Source of the DNA: Candidatus Obscuribacteraceae bacterium
GTDB taxonomy: Bacteria > Cyanobacteriota > Vampirovibrionia > Obscuribacterales > Obscuribacteraceae
Direction: 5' to 3'
Assembly: GCA_044229845.1 (NCBI GenBank)
Contig: JBGASG010000002.1
Location: 96,001 to 160,000, forward strand
DNA length: 64,000 nt
This document shows positions 51,586 through 58,436 of the stretch, in pieces (position 1 is the first letter of the stretch; every line of letters begins with the position of its first letter). Under the pieces are notes generated by a model. The model made no database searches, had not been told where the DNA came from, and saw only the letters and a program-made list of their open reading frames with translations. Both the position numbers and the translations under genes were made by a program.

Positions 51586-51759
51586 TGCTGCATTTGCTCC
51601 AGGTGTATGACAAACTCCAATATAGTCTACTGACACTGAGTCGCGGATAAATAGGCGGTTTCGGAAGATTTGAAATATGTCACATGCGCAACGGCGCGCG
51701 GCTTTTGGGCATGTTGATATTGTCGCGCATCGGGAACGGTGTGGCAGCCGCAGGTACGC

Positions 51760-51797
51760 CTAAAGAAGGGAAGTGCCCGGCGGGGTAAGCCGGGCAC
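51760..51797 (-). terminator. Intrinsic terminator of pilin-like copy A
   Basis: GTGCCCGGC/GCCGGGCAC stem followed by TTCCCTTCTTT on the minus strand. Confidence 0.6.
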
Positions 51798-51833
51798 CGC
51801 AGATGGTGCTTCGTTGTCTCGGGTTAAACTCGG

Positions 51834-52229
51834 TTAAATGTCGGCAGGAGCGGCAACGACGGGCTCGATGGCTCTGGCGACCAGGGTGGTTTCGGTCCAG
51901 CCGGGCATCGGCGCCGGGAATTTGACGACCATCTTGGTCTGCACGGTGACTTCGTTGTTGTAATCGAAGGCGGTCATTTCTACGCTCGGGATGATGTTCG
52001 ATTTGCCCATGCCGTGGACGGTTTTGTCGGCGGCGGCTTTGGCGGTGTTGACTTGTTCTTGGTTGGCAGCGGCGCGGGCTGCGTCTTTGGCGAGGTGGTC
52101 GTTGATGGAGTTGCTCATCACGATGGTGGAAAGATTGACTGCGGCAAGCGCGATCGGAACGATAAAGATGCCGCCTACCATGCATTCGATAAAGCTGGTT
52201 CCTTTGCGGCTTCTGTTTCTGGTTTTCAT
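51834..52229 (-). CDS. TadE/Flp-like pseudopilin, copy A
   Basis: RSRKG|TSFIE (G-1, E+5), hydrophobic helix, AKDAARAAA. Confidence 0.8.
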   Translation of the reverse strand: MKTRNRSRKGTSFIECMVGGIFIVPIALAAVNLSTIVMSNSINDHLAKDAARAAANQEQVNTAKAAADKTVHGMGKSNIIPSVEMTAFDYNNEVTVQTKMVVKFPAPMPGWTETTLVARAIEPVVAAPADI

Positions 52230-52394
52230 AATTTCCCCCGGCGTCTCGCCGTCTCATCTGCTTCTGAAGGATTAACGGGCGACTGCCGGGATTTAGGGGA
52301 GGCGCAAGATTTGACGCAGCTAATCTGCCCCCCTTGCATACAAGCGGGGTCGCCGATTTGCGAAGCGTGGAGGTGCTGCTTCCTCTCTTAGGGC

Positions 52395-52416
52395 AAATCA
52401 ACACTTCTGTTGATTT
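52395..52416. promoter_or_regulatory. AAATCAACA-cttc-TGTTGATTT palindrome upstream of pilin copy A
   Basis: Same motif as 82-97 and 137-160. Confidence 0.55.
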
Positions 52417-52489
52417 CAAGAGGTTGCAGTTTTCGGGGCTCGCTTGAGCGGCGTGCGGATTGGCAGCCTTTCGTGAAAAATCGACGCTG

Positions 52490-52522
52490 CAAAAAGAAGT
52501 GCCCGGCGGGGGAGCCGGGCAC
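52490..52522 (-). terminator. Intrinsic terminator of pilin-like copy B
   Basis: GTGCCCGGC/GCCGGGCAC stem followed by TTCTTTTT on the minus strand. Confidence 0.75.
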
Positions 52523-52556
52523 CGCAGATGGTGCTTGGGTTGTTCAGGGTTAAAAC

Positions 52557-52952
52557 TTAGATGTCGGCAGGAGCGGCGACGACGGGCTCGATGGCTCTGG
52601 CGACCAGGGTGGCTTCGGTCCAGCCCGGAAGCGGAGCTGGGAATTTGACGACCATCTTGGTTTGGACGGTTACTTCGTTGTTGTAATCGAAGGAGGTCAT
52701 TTCGACGCTCGGGATGATGTTCGATTTGCCCATGCCGTGCACGGTTTTGTCGGCGGCGGCTTTGGCGGTGTTGAGTTGCTCCTGGTTGGCAGCGGCGCGG
52801 GCTGCGTCTTTGGCGAGATGGTCGTTGATGGAGTTGCTCATCACGATGGTGGAAAGATTGACTGCGGCAAGCGCGATTGGAACGATAAAGATGCCGCCTA
52901 CCATGCACTCGATAAGGCTGGTTCCTTTGCGGCTTCTGTTTCTGGATTTCAT
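52557..52952 (-). CDS. TadE/Flp-like pseudopilin, copy B
   Basis: RSRKG|TSLIE; differs from copy A at 6 of 131 residues. Confidence 0.8.
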   Translation of the reverse strand: MKSRNRSRKGTSLIECMVGGIFIVPIALAAVNLSTIVMSNSINDHLAKDAARAAANQEQLNTAKAAADKTVHGMGKSNIIPSVEMTSFDYNNEVTVQTKMVVKFPAPLPGWTEATLVARAIEPVVAAPADI

Positions 52953-53065
52953 ATTTCCCCCCGGCGGATTCGCCGTTTCATCTGCGTCTGGGGAGTTAAC
53001 GGACCGCCCCGGAGATTTAGGGGAGCCGCAAGATTTAACGCCATTAATCTTTTCGAGGCTTTTTA

Positions 53066-53091
53066 GACATGTGCCAGTTTTGGCACATGTC
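53066..53091. promoter_or_regulatory. GACATGTGCCA-N4-TGGCACATGTC palindrome upstream of pilin copy B
   Basis: Perfect 11-4-11 inverted repeat; could instead be an RNA hairpin after the bestrophin gene. Confidence 0.45.
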
Positions 53092-53203
53092 AGGCAAAAT
53101 CTGTGCTCGGTTGGTAACTTGTGGGCAGAAAACCCATCGCCAAAAATTCCATCCGCTTGAGGTAGTGAAACAGGCGGTCTGTCCTCATGGTCACGAGCGA
53201 ATC

Positions 53204-54208
53204 CTAAAAGGCGCGCGCAGTGAGGCTTTCGGGATGGAGCGAAACATAATTGTGATTTTCAGGCGCGTCCGCGGCTGACTCCTCCAAGAGGTTTAACAAA
53301 TTCCTTTCTATCGTCTGGCAAATATCGTCTAGCGGCAGATGGCTTAAATGCCGGGTATCGAAGGGATTTTGAAGTTCAACCCCAAGCTGATCCAGAGAAA
53401 AAAGTGGATATGCCACCAGCATCGTTATGAGTGGCACGAAGTAAACATTCTCGAGCGAATGCAAAAGAGCCAGAGGTAGAGTGAGGATGAACGAAGCAAT
53501 AAAGCGCCGAATTTTGATTGAATAGGCCAAAGCTAACGGAGTCTTCAAAATTCGCTCGCAGGCGCCAATATGGTCGATTAGTTGCGCTCGCTCACGATCA
53601 GCTTGTAACCAAAAGAAGCGATCCATTCCGTGGACCTCGCATGCTTGTCTAAGCAACAGTCCTAACTCATAGGCGACGGCACTAGGTACATGTTGCTTTG
53701 CAATCAATTCCTGAGCGTGCCGTGTTCCAATCAGTGTGTCCAATGAAGCGCTTGTTTTCTGATTTCGCAAACTTATGCGAGCAGCATGCGGAAATGCAGC
53801 AATCAAGCGAACAAAGTTCTCGCGCCAGATGTCATCTTTAGGCCCATACGCCAGTGCGAGTATGGCTAGGTTCCGACACTGATTTACCAGTCCACCCCAA
53901 AGTTTCCTCGCTTCCCACCATCGGTCATAGCCAGCGTTAGTCCGCAGTACTAGAACCAAGCCAAGGGCAGCGCCGACGTACTCATAGGGAGCCAATGGCA
54001 GTGTCAGTGTGATGCCGAAGCTTACTTTCGAAAAAACGAAAGCGGCAGTTAGCAAACTGGCGAAAAATCCAGCAAAAAGCACGTTCGGCAAAACATGCGG
54101 AGTGATCGAGCCTTGGATGGCAAAGGCCTCACGCCAAAAGACTTGCCATTTAGAGTAGTTAGAGGACTCCGCAGAGCGAATGTCTTGACTGCTCGATACC
54201 TGAAACAC
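53204..54208 (-). CDS. Bestrophin-like (YneE/UPF0187) anion channel
   Basis: LRTNAGYDRWWEARKLWG, GACERILKTP, ELQNPF...LPLD; GTG 54208 with GGGAG RBS (start uncertain). Confidence 0.9.
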   Translation of the reverse strand: MFQVSSSQDIRSAESSNYSKWQVFWREAFAIQGSITPHVLPNVLFAGFFASLLTAAFVFSKVSFGITLTLPLAPYEYVGAALGLVLVLRTNAGYDRWWEARKLWGGLVNQCRNLAILALAYGPKDDIWRENFVRLIAAFPHAARISLRNQKTSASLDTLIGTRHAQELIAKQHVPSAVAYELGLLLRQACEVHGMDRFFWLQADRERAQLIDHIGACERILKTPLALAYSIKIRRFIASFILTLPLALLHSLENVYFVPLITMLVAYPLFSLDQLGVELQNPFDTRHLSHLPLDDICQTIERNLLNLLEESAADAPENHNYVSLHPESLTARAF

Positions 54209-54836
54209 TTGATTGCTCCCCAATTTGGATGAACTGCCCGATTTCAACGTCATAACTAAACACTTGCCCCGTCTCGATTTTGTACGTCCACGCATGCAAG
54301 CTGAGCTCGCCCCGAGCCACTCTTGCTGCTACAGACGGATGCGTTTTCAAGTTCTCAAGTTGAACCAAAACATTTTCTTGAATCGCGATGTTCAATAGTT
54401 GCTCCCTGGATATACTCTCGGAGCCGTAGTTCTCGTGCATAATCCGCCGAGTCGCTGATGCATGACCTAACCAGGCATCTACCGTTGGCAGTTCCGCAAG
54501 TTGACTTGGATCGAGCAACGCTTTCACTGCACCACAATGGGAGTGCCCGCAAACGATGATGTCTTTGACGCCGAGAGCAGCTACAGCAAATTCAATTGTG
54601 GCTCCTTCTCCCCCATTTGAAGCTCCATACGGAGGAATGATATTGCCCGCATTTCGCAGGACAAAAATGTCCCCTGGACGCGTTTGCGTAATGAGATTCG
54701 GATTGATGCGCGAATCGGAGCAAGTTATGAACAATGCCTCTGGACTTTGACCTTCTGCAAGGCGTGTAAACAGCTCTTGCTCAGACTGAAATACATTCGT
54801 CTGAAAATGATGCAATCCTGAGATGAGCTTATGCAT
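54159..54836 (-). CDS. Beta-class carbonic anhydrase
   Basis: GQSP..LFITCSDSR, RNAGN, CGHSHCGA. Confidence 0.95.
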   Translation of the reverse strand: MHKLISGLHHFQTNVFQSEQELFTRLAEGQSPEALFITCSDSRINPNLITQTRPGDIFVLRNAGNIIPPYGASNGGEGATIEFAVAALGVKDIIVCGHSHCGAVKALLDPSQLAELPTVDAWLGHASATRRIMHENYGSESISREQLLNIAIQENVLVQLENLKTHPSVAARVARGELSLHAWTYKIETGQVFSYDVEIGQFIQIGEQSSVSGIEQSRHSLCGVL

Positions 54837-55212
54837 TGATCTCTCCTTTGTTAGCCACCTTGTCCGATAGCCACACAGACCGGGCCTTTTGTACGGCCGA
54901 AGTGAACTCTTGAATATCGGCTTGAAATGGACCTGCGAATGGCAGTCCGCCGAGAATCCAAATTGCCAGGTCCGGTTGGCGAAGTCGGTAAAACACGTTT
55001 CGGCCTTGCTTCCGCTCGGAGATGAGCCTATGAGAGCGCAATACCGACAGATGCTGTGAAACTCCAGCAGAATTGATTTGCAAGACGTCCGCGATGGTTT
55101 TTACGTCCTTTTCTCCAGCTAATAACTCTTCAATGATGCGGATACGTTGCGGATGGGCAAGAACGCCAAACAGCTCCGCCAACTCTTTGGTCACAATTGT
55201 TCGATACGGCAT
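54829..55212 (-). CDS. ArsR/SmtB family transcriptional regulator
   Basis: F.VLAHPQRIRII, VSQHL.VLR, ERKQGRNVFYRL; ATG at 55212. Confidence 0.9.
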   Translation of the reverse strand: MPYRTIVTKELAELFGVLAHPQRIRIIEELLAGEKDVKTIADVLQINSAGVSQHLSVLRSHRLISERKQGRNVFYRLRQPDLAIWILGGLPFAGPFQADIQEFTSAVQKARSVWLSDKVANKGEINA

Positions 55213-55227
55213 AGACCCCCAAGGATT

Positions 55228-55253
55228 CAAATATTCAAGAGTTTGAATATTTG
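55228..55253. promoter_or_regulatory. Probable ArsR operator CAAATATTCAA-gagt-TTGAATATTTG
   Basis: Perfect AT-rich 11-4-11 inverted repeat immediately upstream of the arsR-like gene, the typical autoregulatory geometry. Confidence 0.8.
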
Positions 55254-55500
55254 CAGCTTATCATGCGAACCAATGCCTGTCCAGTCCCAGCCCTAAAAGC
55301 CAAGGACATGCGCCTGTCTATTACCGGGTGCCGGAACCTTGGGATTGGCAAAAGAAGCCAGGCGGGGCTCTGCCAGAGAAATAGATGGGAGCGGTCAGGG
55401 ATTTACCCTGTTGGCGACAGGGTGCGTGCGTGGCATTGTGTAGGTAGGCTGGCAGGGGACGAAACATCGGTCCACCGGCACTTACCTTGGGGAAAAACAG

Positions 55501-56520
55501 ATGTCTGTCGACGATATGATGAAGTACGCCGAGATTGCGGCGCCGTGTTCCGCCACGTGGGACGAAATGACCGGCGACGACAAGATGCGATTTTGCGGTG
55601 AGTGCAAACTGCACGTTCTGAATGCGGCGGCGATGACGGATGAGGAAGTGATGCGTGCGCTGCAACGAACGCTGACCGGTGAGCGAGTCTGCATGCGGCT
55701 TTACCGGCGCGATGACGGAACGTTTCTTACCCGGAACTGTCCGAAAGGACTGCAGCTGATTCGGCAACGCGCTCAGCAAGCGGTTCGCCGAGTGGCGGCA
55801 CTGTTTTCCGGCACGCTCGCTCTGGTTATGACGTGCGCCGCCAGCGCCGCTCCGGGCAACAGCAACAACAAGCCGATCTGGCATTCCATAGTGCAAGGCG
55901 CGCCGGCGCAGGCTCCGAAGGGTCCGGCGTCGACGGGCGCGGCGAATGTGACGCCGGTGGTTCCGCGTACCTATTTTGCGCACGAGCGCATGGGACGCAT
56001 GAAGATGTGGACCGCCGAAGAGATCAAGCAACAAGAGACGAAACTTGCTCAGCTCAAGAAAAGCGGTGCATCGAAGGCAGAGATAGTGAAGCAGCTGGAG
56101 TTTCTTGCCGGCATCTGCCGCTACACAACTGGCACTGACGGCACCATGTCTGCCACGCAAGCACGCGCCGAAGCGCTGAAGCTGTACGAAGAGATGGGCG
56201 ACTGGACCAAAGCGGCGGAAACCAGTCGCAGTCTGTCGGAACTGTATCTCGCCGGACCGCACGAAAACCCGGCTAAAGCCGCCGAGTACAGGCTGAAAGC
56301 TGACCAATATTTTGTGCGCATCGCTTCGAAGAAACAGGACGAGGACAAACGCATCGCGACGGCATTGATAGAAGTGGAGAAGAACAAGGACTGGACGAAG
56401 GGCAACACGCTCTGCGCAGACGCAGCCGATGCCGCTCAAACCGCCAAAGAAACCGAGCGCTTCAATCACTGGTCGGACCGCGCCGACATGTACGCGCGGT
56501 ATATGAGAAACCCGCGCTAG
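55501..56520 (+). CDS. Hypothetical protein with N-terminal Cys-rich motif, an internal TM/signal segment and a helical C-terminus
   Basis: PCSATWDEM.GD...RFC..C...V...C.R.YRR.DGT.LT..CP. Confidence 0.75.
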   Translation: MSVDDMMKYAEIAAPCSATWDEMTGDDKMRFCGECKLHVLNAAAMTDEEVMRALQRTLTGERVCMRLYRRDDGTFLTRNCPKGLQLIRQRAQQAVRRVAALFSGTLALVMTCAASAAPGNSNNKPIWHSIVQGAPAQAPKGPASTGAANVTPVVPRTYFAHERMGRMKMWTAEEIKQQETKLAQLKKSGASKAEIVKQLEFLAGICRYTTGTDGTMSATQARAEALKLYEEMGDWTKAAETSRSLSELYLAGPHENPAKAAEYRLKADQYFVRIASKKQDEDKRIATALIEVEKNKDWTKGNTLCADAADAAQTAKETERFNHWSDRADMYARYMRNPR

Positions 56521-56536
56521 AGAAACGCGCTGGAGC

Positions 56537-57037
56537 TTATTGCGCGTTGTTCTGGTTTTCGACCAGGCGTTGCGTCTGAATCTGAAAATCCATCGGCGCA
56601 CCCAGACCTGGAATGCCCGGGAAAAACGGAATCGTCAAGAACGGGCGAATGCGAACCCTGGTGGTGACGCGCACTTCCATATCTTGCCGCTTCTGCGTGT
56701 CGGTCGTGCCGACCACATAGTCGACTTGCGTGTTTACTGGTTGCTGCAGCCCGACGAAATTGCCGATGCCCTTTGACTTCCAGTCGTCAGGGATCTTCTT
56801 GCAGACAGTGCCGTTGGGATCCTGCGCTTCCTTTTTAGGTAGCAAAGCCGCTTCGCGCAGTTGCAAGTCGTTCAGCGTCGCGCACGAGAAATAAGCAGCG
56901 CTCATGGCCACCAGGTCGAGCAGCGGAAAGAACAGCATCAGCAGCAGGATGAAGATAGCGGGACCGGTTTCGGCGATGGTTCCGCCGAAGGTGCTGCGTC
57001 TTCTTTTCATGCGTCGGGCGCGGCTGTCCTTGATCAT
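56537..57037 (-). CDS. TadE-like pseudopilin
   Basis: RRRSTFG|GTIAE, hydrophobic helix, REAA. Confidence 0.7.
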   Translation of the reverse strand: MIKDSRARRMKRRRSTFGGTIAETGPAIFILLLMLFFPLLDLVAMSAAYFSCATLNDLQLREAALLPKKEAQDPNGTVCKKIPDDWKSKGIGNFVGLQQPVNTQVDYVVGTTDTQKRQDMEVRVTTRVRIRPFLTIPFFPGIPGLGAPMDFQIQTQRLVENQNNAQ

Positions 57038-57201
57038 GATGATGAACTTTATCCTATGCGTTTGGTCGGTGGACCGGGCTGGCGTGTGCCGCCAGTTAGA
57101 ATTACTGTCAGTTCGGTGATTTTAGCGGTGCATGACCGCACACCGACCAAGCGTCCAGATTGTGCACCCCTCAGACTCCCACGTCAAGCGGATTTCCTTC
57201 T

Positions 57202-57702
57202 ATGACTGCACCATGCACGGAACATGAGTTCATCGTCTCTGCTCAGGACTATCAGATCTATCTACAAGATGAAAAAGCAGAAACCGAATTTAGCGAAACG
57301 ATGCACGACGAATTAGTCCAGGACTTGTTTTCCATCGGCGATCGCATCGTTGCTATTGGCACCGTGCGTCCCACCGAAGTGCAGGTCGTCATCGAATGCG
57401 TTGAAGAAGAACCGGAAGATGAAGATCTGGAAGACTGGGATCAAGTGGTGGAATGCAGTCTTGATGTGCCATCGGGAACGCTGGTGATCACCAACAATAT
57501 CGAGAGCTTCGACATGGCGGCGCGGGTGCAATTGAATGCACCAGGCGTTTATCGCTTGCGCATTTTCTACGGAATGCTCGATGAAGTCGATGACGAAGGT
57601 TTTGAAGGCGACGACTTCTATAAAGTGGTGCTCTGGCCGGATTCGATGCAAGAGCCGAAGATGTTGAAGAAGTGGTTCCCGTCACTCAACTTCGAACCGT
57701 AG
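57202..57702 (+). CDS. Highly acidic hypothetical protein
   Basis: DWDQVVECSL.VPSG.L, PG.YRLRI, D.Y..VLWP; typical codon usage. Confidence 0.7.
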   Translation: MTAPCTEHEFIVSAQDYQIYLQDEKAETEFSETMHDELVQDLFSIGDRIVAIGTVRPTEVQVVIECVEEEPEDEDLEDWDQVVECSLDVPSGTLVITNNIESFDMAARVQLNAPGVYRLRIFYGMLDEVDDEGFEGDDFYKVVLWPDSMQEPKMLKKWFPSLNFEP

Positions 57703-57707
57703 AACGG

Positions 57708-57735
57708 TGGACACAAAACGCGTTCGCGCTATAAT
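57708..57735 (+). promoter_or_regulatory. Sigma70-type promoter TGGACA-N16-TATAAT for the leader/tRNA unit
   Basis: Perfect -10 at 57730-57735 and a 5/6 match to -35 at 57708-57713. Confidence 0.7.
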
Positions 57736-57744
57736 GAGATCACT

Positions 57745-57804
57745 ATGAACAAGAACCTGACACTACGACTTAGCCTCCCACTGCGCCTATATTATTTAGG
57801 TTAG
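57745..57804 (+). CDS. Candidate Leu/Tyr-rich leader peptide MNKNLTLRLSLPLRLYYLG (nearly leaderless)
   Basis: ATG 9 nt after the -10 box; 7 Leu codons (CTG, CTA, CTT, CTC, CTG, CTA, TTA) plus TAT TAT; lies directly upstream of Leu and Tyr tRNA genes. Confidence 0.6.
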   Translation: MNKNLTLRLSLPLRLYYLG

Positions 57805-57892
57805 GCAGTAGGCTTCGCGCGTATTTGTGATCCGGTCAATTTCATAGAAAGGATTCCGCTCTCTTATCGCGTAGAAGCCGCTTGCACGGCTT
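57772..57892 (+). promoter_or_regulatory. Candidate attenuator with mutually exclusive helices
   Basis: Helix 1:2 pairs 57772-57789 with 57797-57814, helix 2:3 pairs 57811-57821 with 57868-57879, and helix 3:4 pairs AAGCCG 57875-57880 with CGGCTT 57887-57892. There is no long U-tract. Confidence 0.45.
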
Positions 57893-57904
57893 AAACCAGC
57901 GCAC

Positions 57905-57982
57905 GCCCGTGTGATGCAACTGGCAGACATCGCCGTCTTAAAAACGGTGTTTCTGGTGGTTCGAATCCACTCACGGGCACCA
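57905..57982 (+). tRNA. trnL: tRNA-Leu(TAA), short variable loop, encoded CCA
   Basis: Cloverleaf with acceptor GCCCGTG/CACGGGC, anticodon TAA at 57939-57941, TTCGAAT T loop and A73. Confidence 0.9.
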
Positions 57983-57985
57983 CAT

Positions 57986-58062
57986 GCCGACGTGATGCAA
58001 CTGGCAGACATCCTCGCCTCAGAAGCGCGGTTCTGGTGGTTCGAATCCACTCGTCGGCACCA
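57986..58062 (+). tRNA. trnL: tRNA-Leu(CAG), short variable loop, encoded CCA
   Basis: Acceptor GCCGACG/CGTCGGC, anticodon CAG at 58020-58022, one mismatch in the anticodon stem. Confidence 0.88.
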
Positions 58063-58064
58063 TC

Positions 58065-58141
58065 GCCGGTGTGATGCAATTGGCAGACATCGATAGCTCA
58101 AACCTATCGTCTTGGTGGTTCAACTCCACTCACCGGCACCA
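58065..58141 (+). tRNA. trnL: tRNA-Leu(CAA), short variable loop, encoded CCA
   Basis: Acceptor GCCGGTG/CACCGGC, anticodon CAA at 58099-58101, TTCAACT T loop. Confidence 0.9.
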
Positions 58142-58144
58142 CTG

Positions 58145-58220
58145 GCCGACGTGATGCAATGGCAGACATCGTTGATCGAGAATCAACGTCCTGGTGGTTC
58201 GAGTCCACTCGTCGGCACCA
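58145..58220 (+). tRNA. trnL: tRNA-Leu(GAG) with C33, short variable loop, encoded CCA
   Basis: Acceptor GCCGACG/CGTCGGC; anticodon stem GTTGA/TCAAC with loop TC-GAG-AA. Confidence 0.82.
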
Positions 58221-58278
58221 CTTTTTCAAATCACCCTGAACCAATATGAGGAAGAAACTTGAATACGGAGAAACGACC

Positions 58279-58368
58279 CGGCGGGTGAAGCCGAGTTGGT
58301 CGAAGGCGCCGTCCTGTAAAGTCGGACTCGCAAGAGTTAACACGTAGGTTCGAATCCTACCCCGCCGA
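58279..58368 (+). tRNA. Atypical tRNA-Tyr(GTA)-like gene
   Basis: Acceptor CGGCGGG/CCCGCCG, anticodon GTA at 58316-58318, long variable arm ACTC-GCAA-GAGT, T arm GTAGG-TTCGAAT-CCTAC. Atypical features are C1:G72 and a 4-nt linker before the D stem. Confidence 0.7.
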
Positions 58369-58436
58369 ATCGTTTCACCATGGACTCTGCTACCATGAAC
58401 AGGTAGTCATACCGTCTCAAGTTAAGGCGAGTTCAG

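Larger units (their letters stand above)
51770..53041. repeat. Tandem duplication of an approx. 550-bp unit (5' region + pilin-like gene + terminator): 51770-52317 and 52496-53041
   Basis: Near-identical DNA at an offset of about 725 bp. Confidence 0.92.

Noticed and set aside
57905..58220. CRISPR-like repeat/spacer reading of the tRNA cluster (constant blocks alternating with variable segments)
   Set aside because: Each unit folds as a full cloverleaf ending in CCA, and the variable segments are self-complementary anticodon arms.
58145..58220. Reading the fourth tRNA as Ser(CGA)
   Set aside because: The 5-bp stem GTTGA/TCAAC centres GAG in a 7-nt loop. The body, A73 and lack of a long arm match the neighbouring Leu genes.
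58246..58347. Short ORF MRKKLEYGETT... running into the tRNA-Tyr-like gene
   Set aside because: There is no RBS, it overlaps a structured RNA, and it has no informative codon bias.
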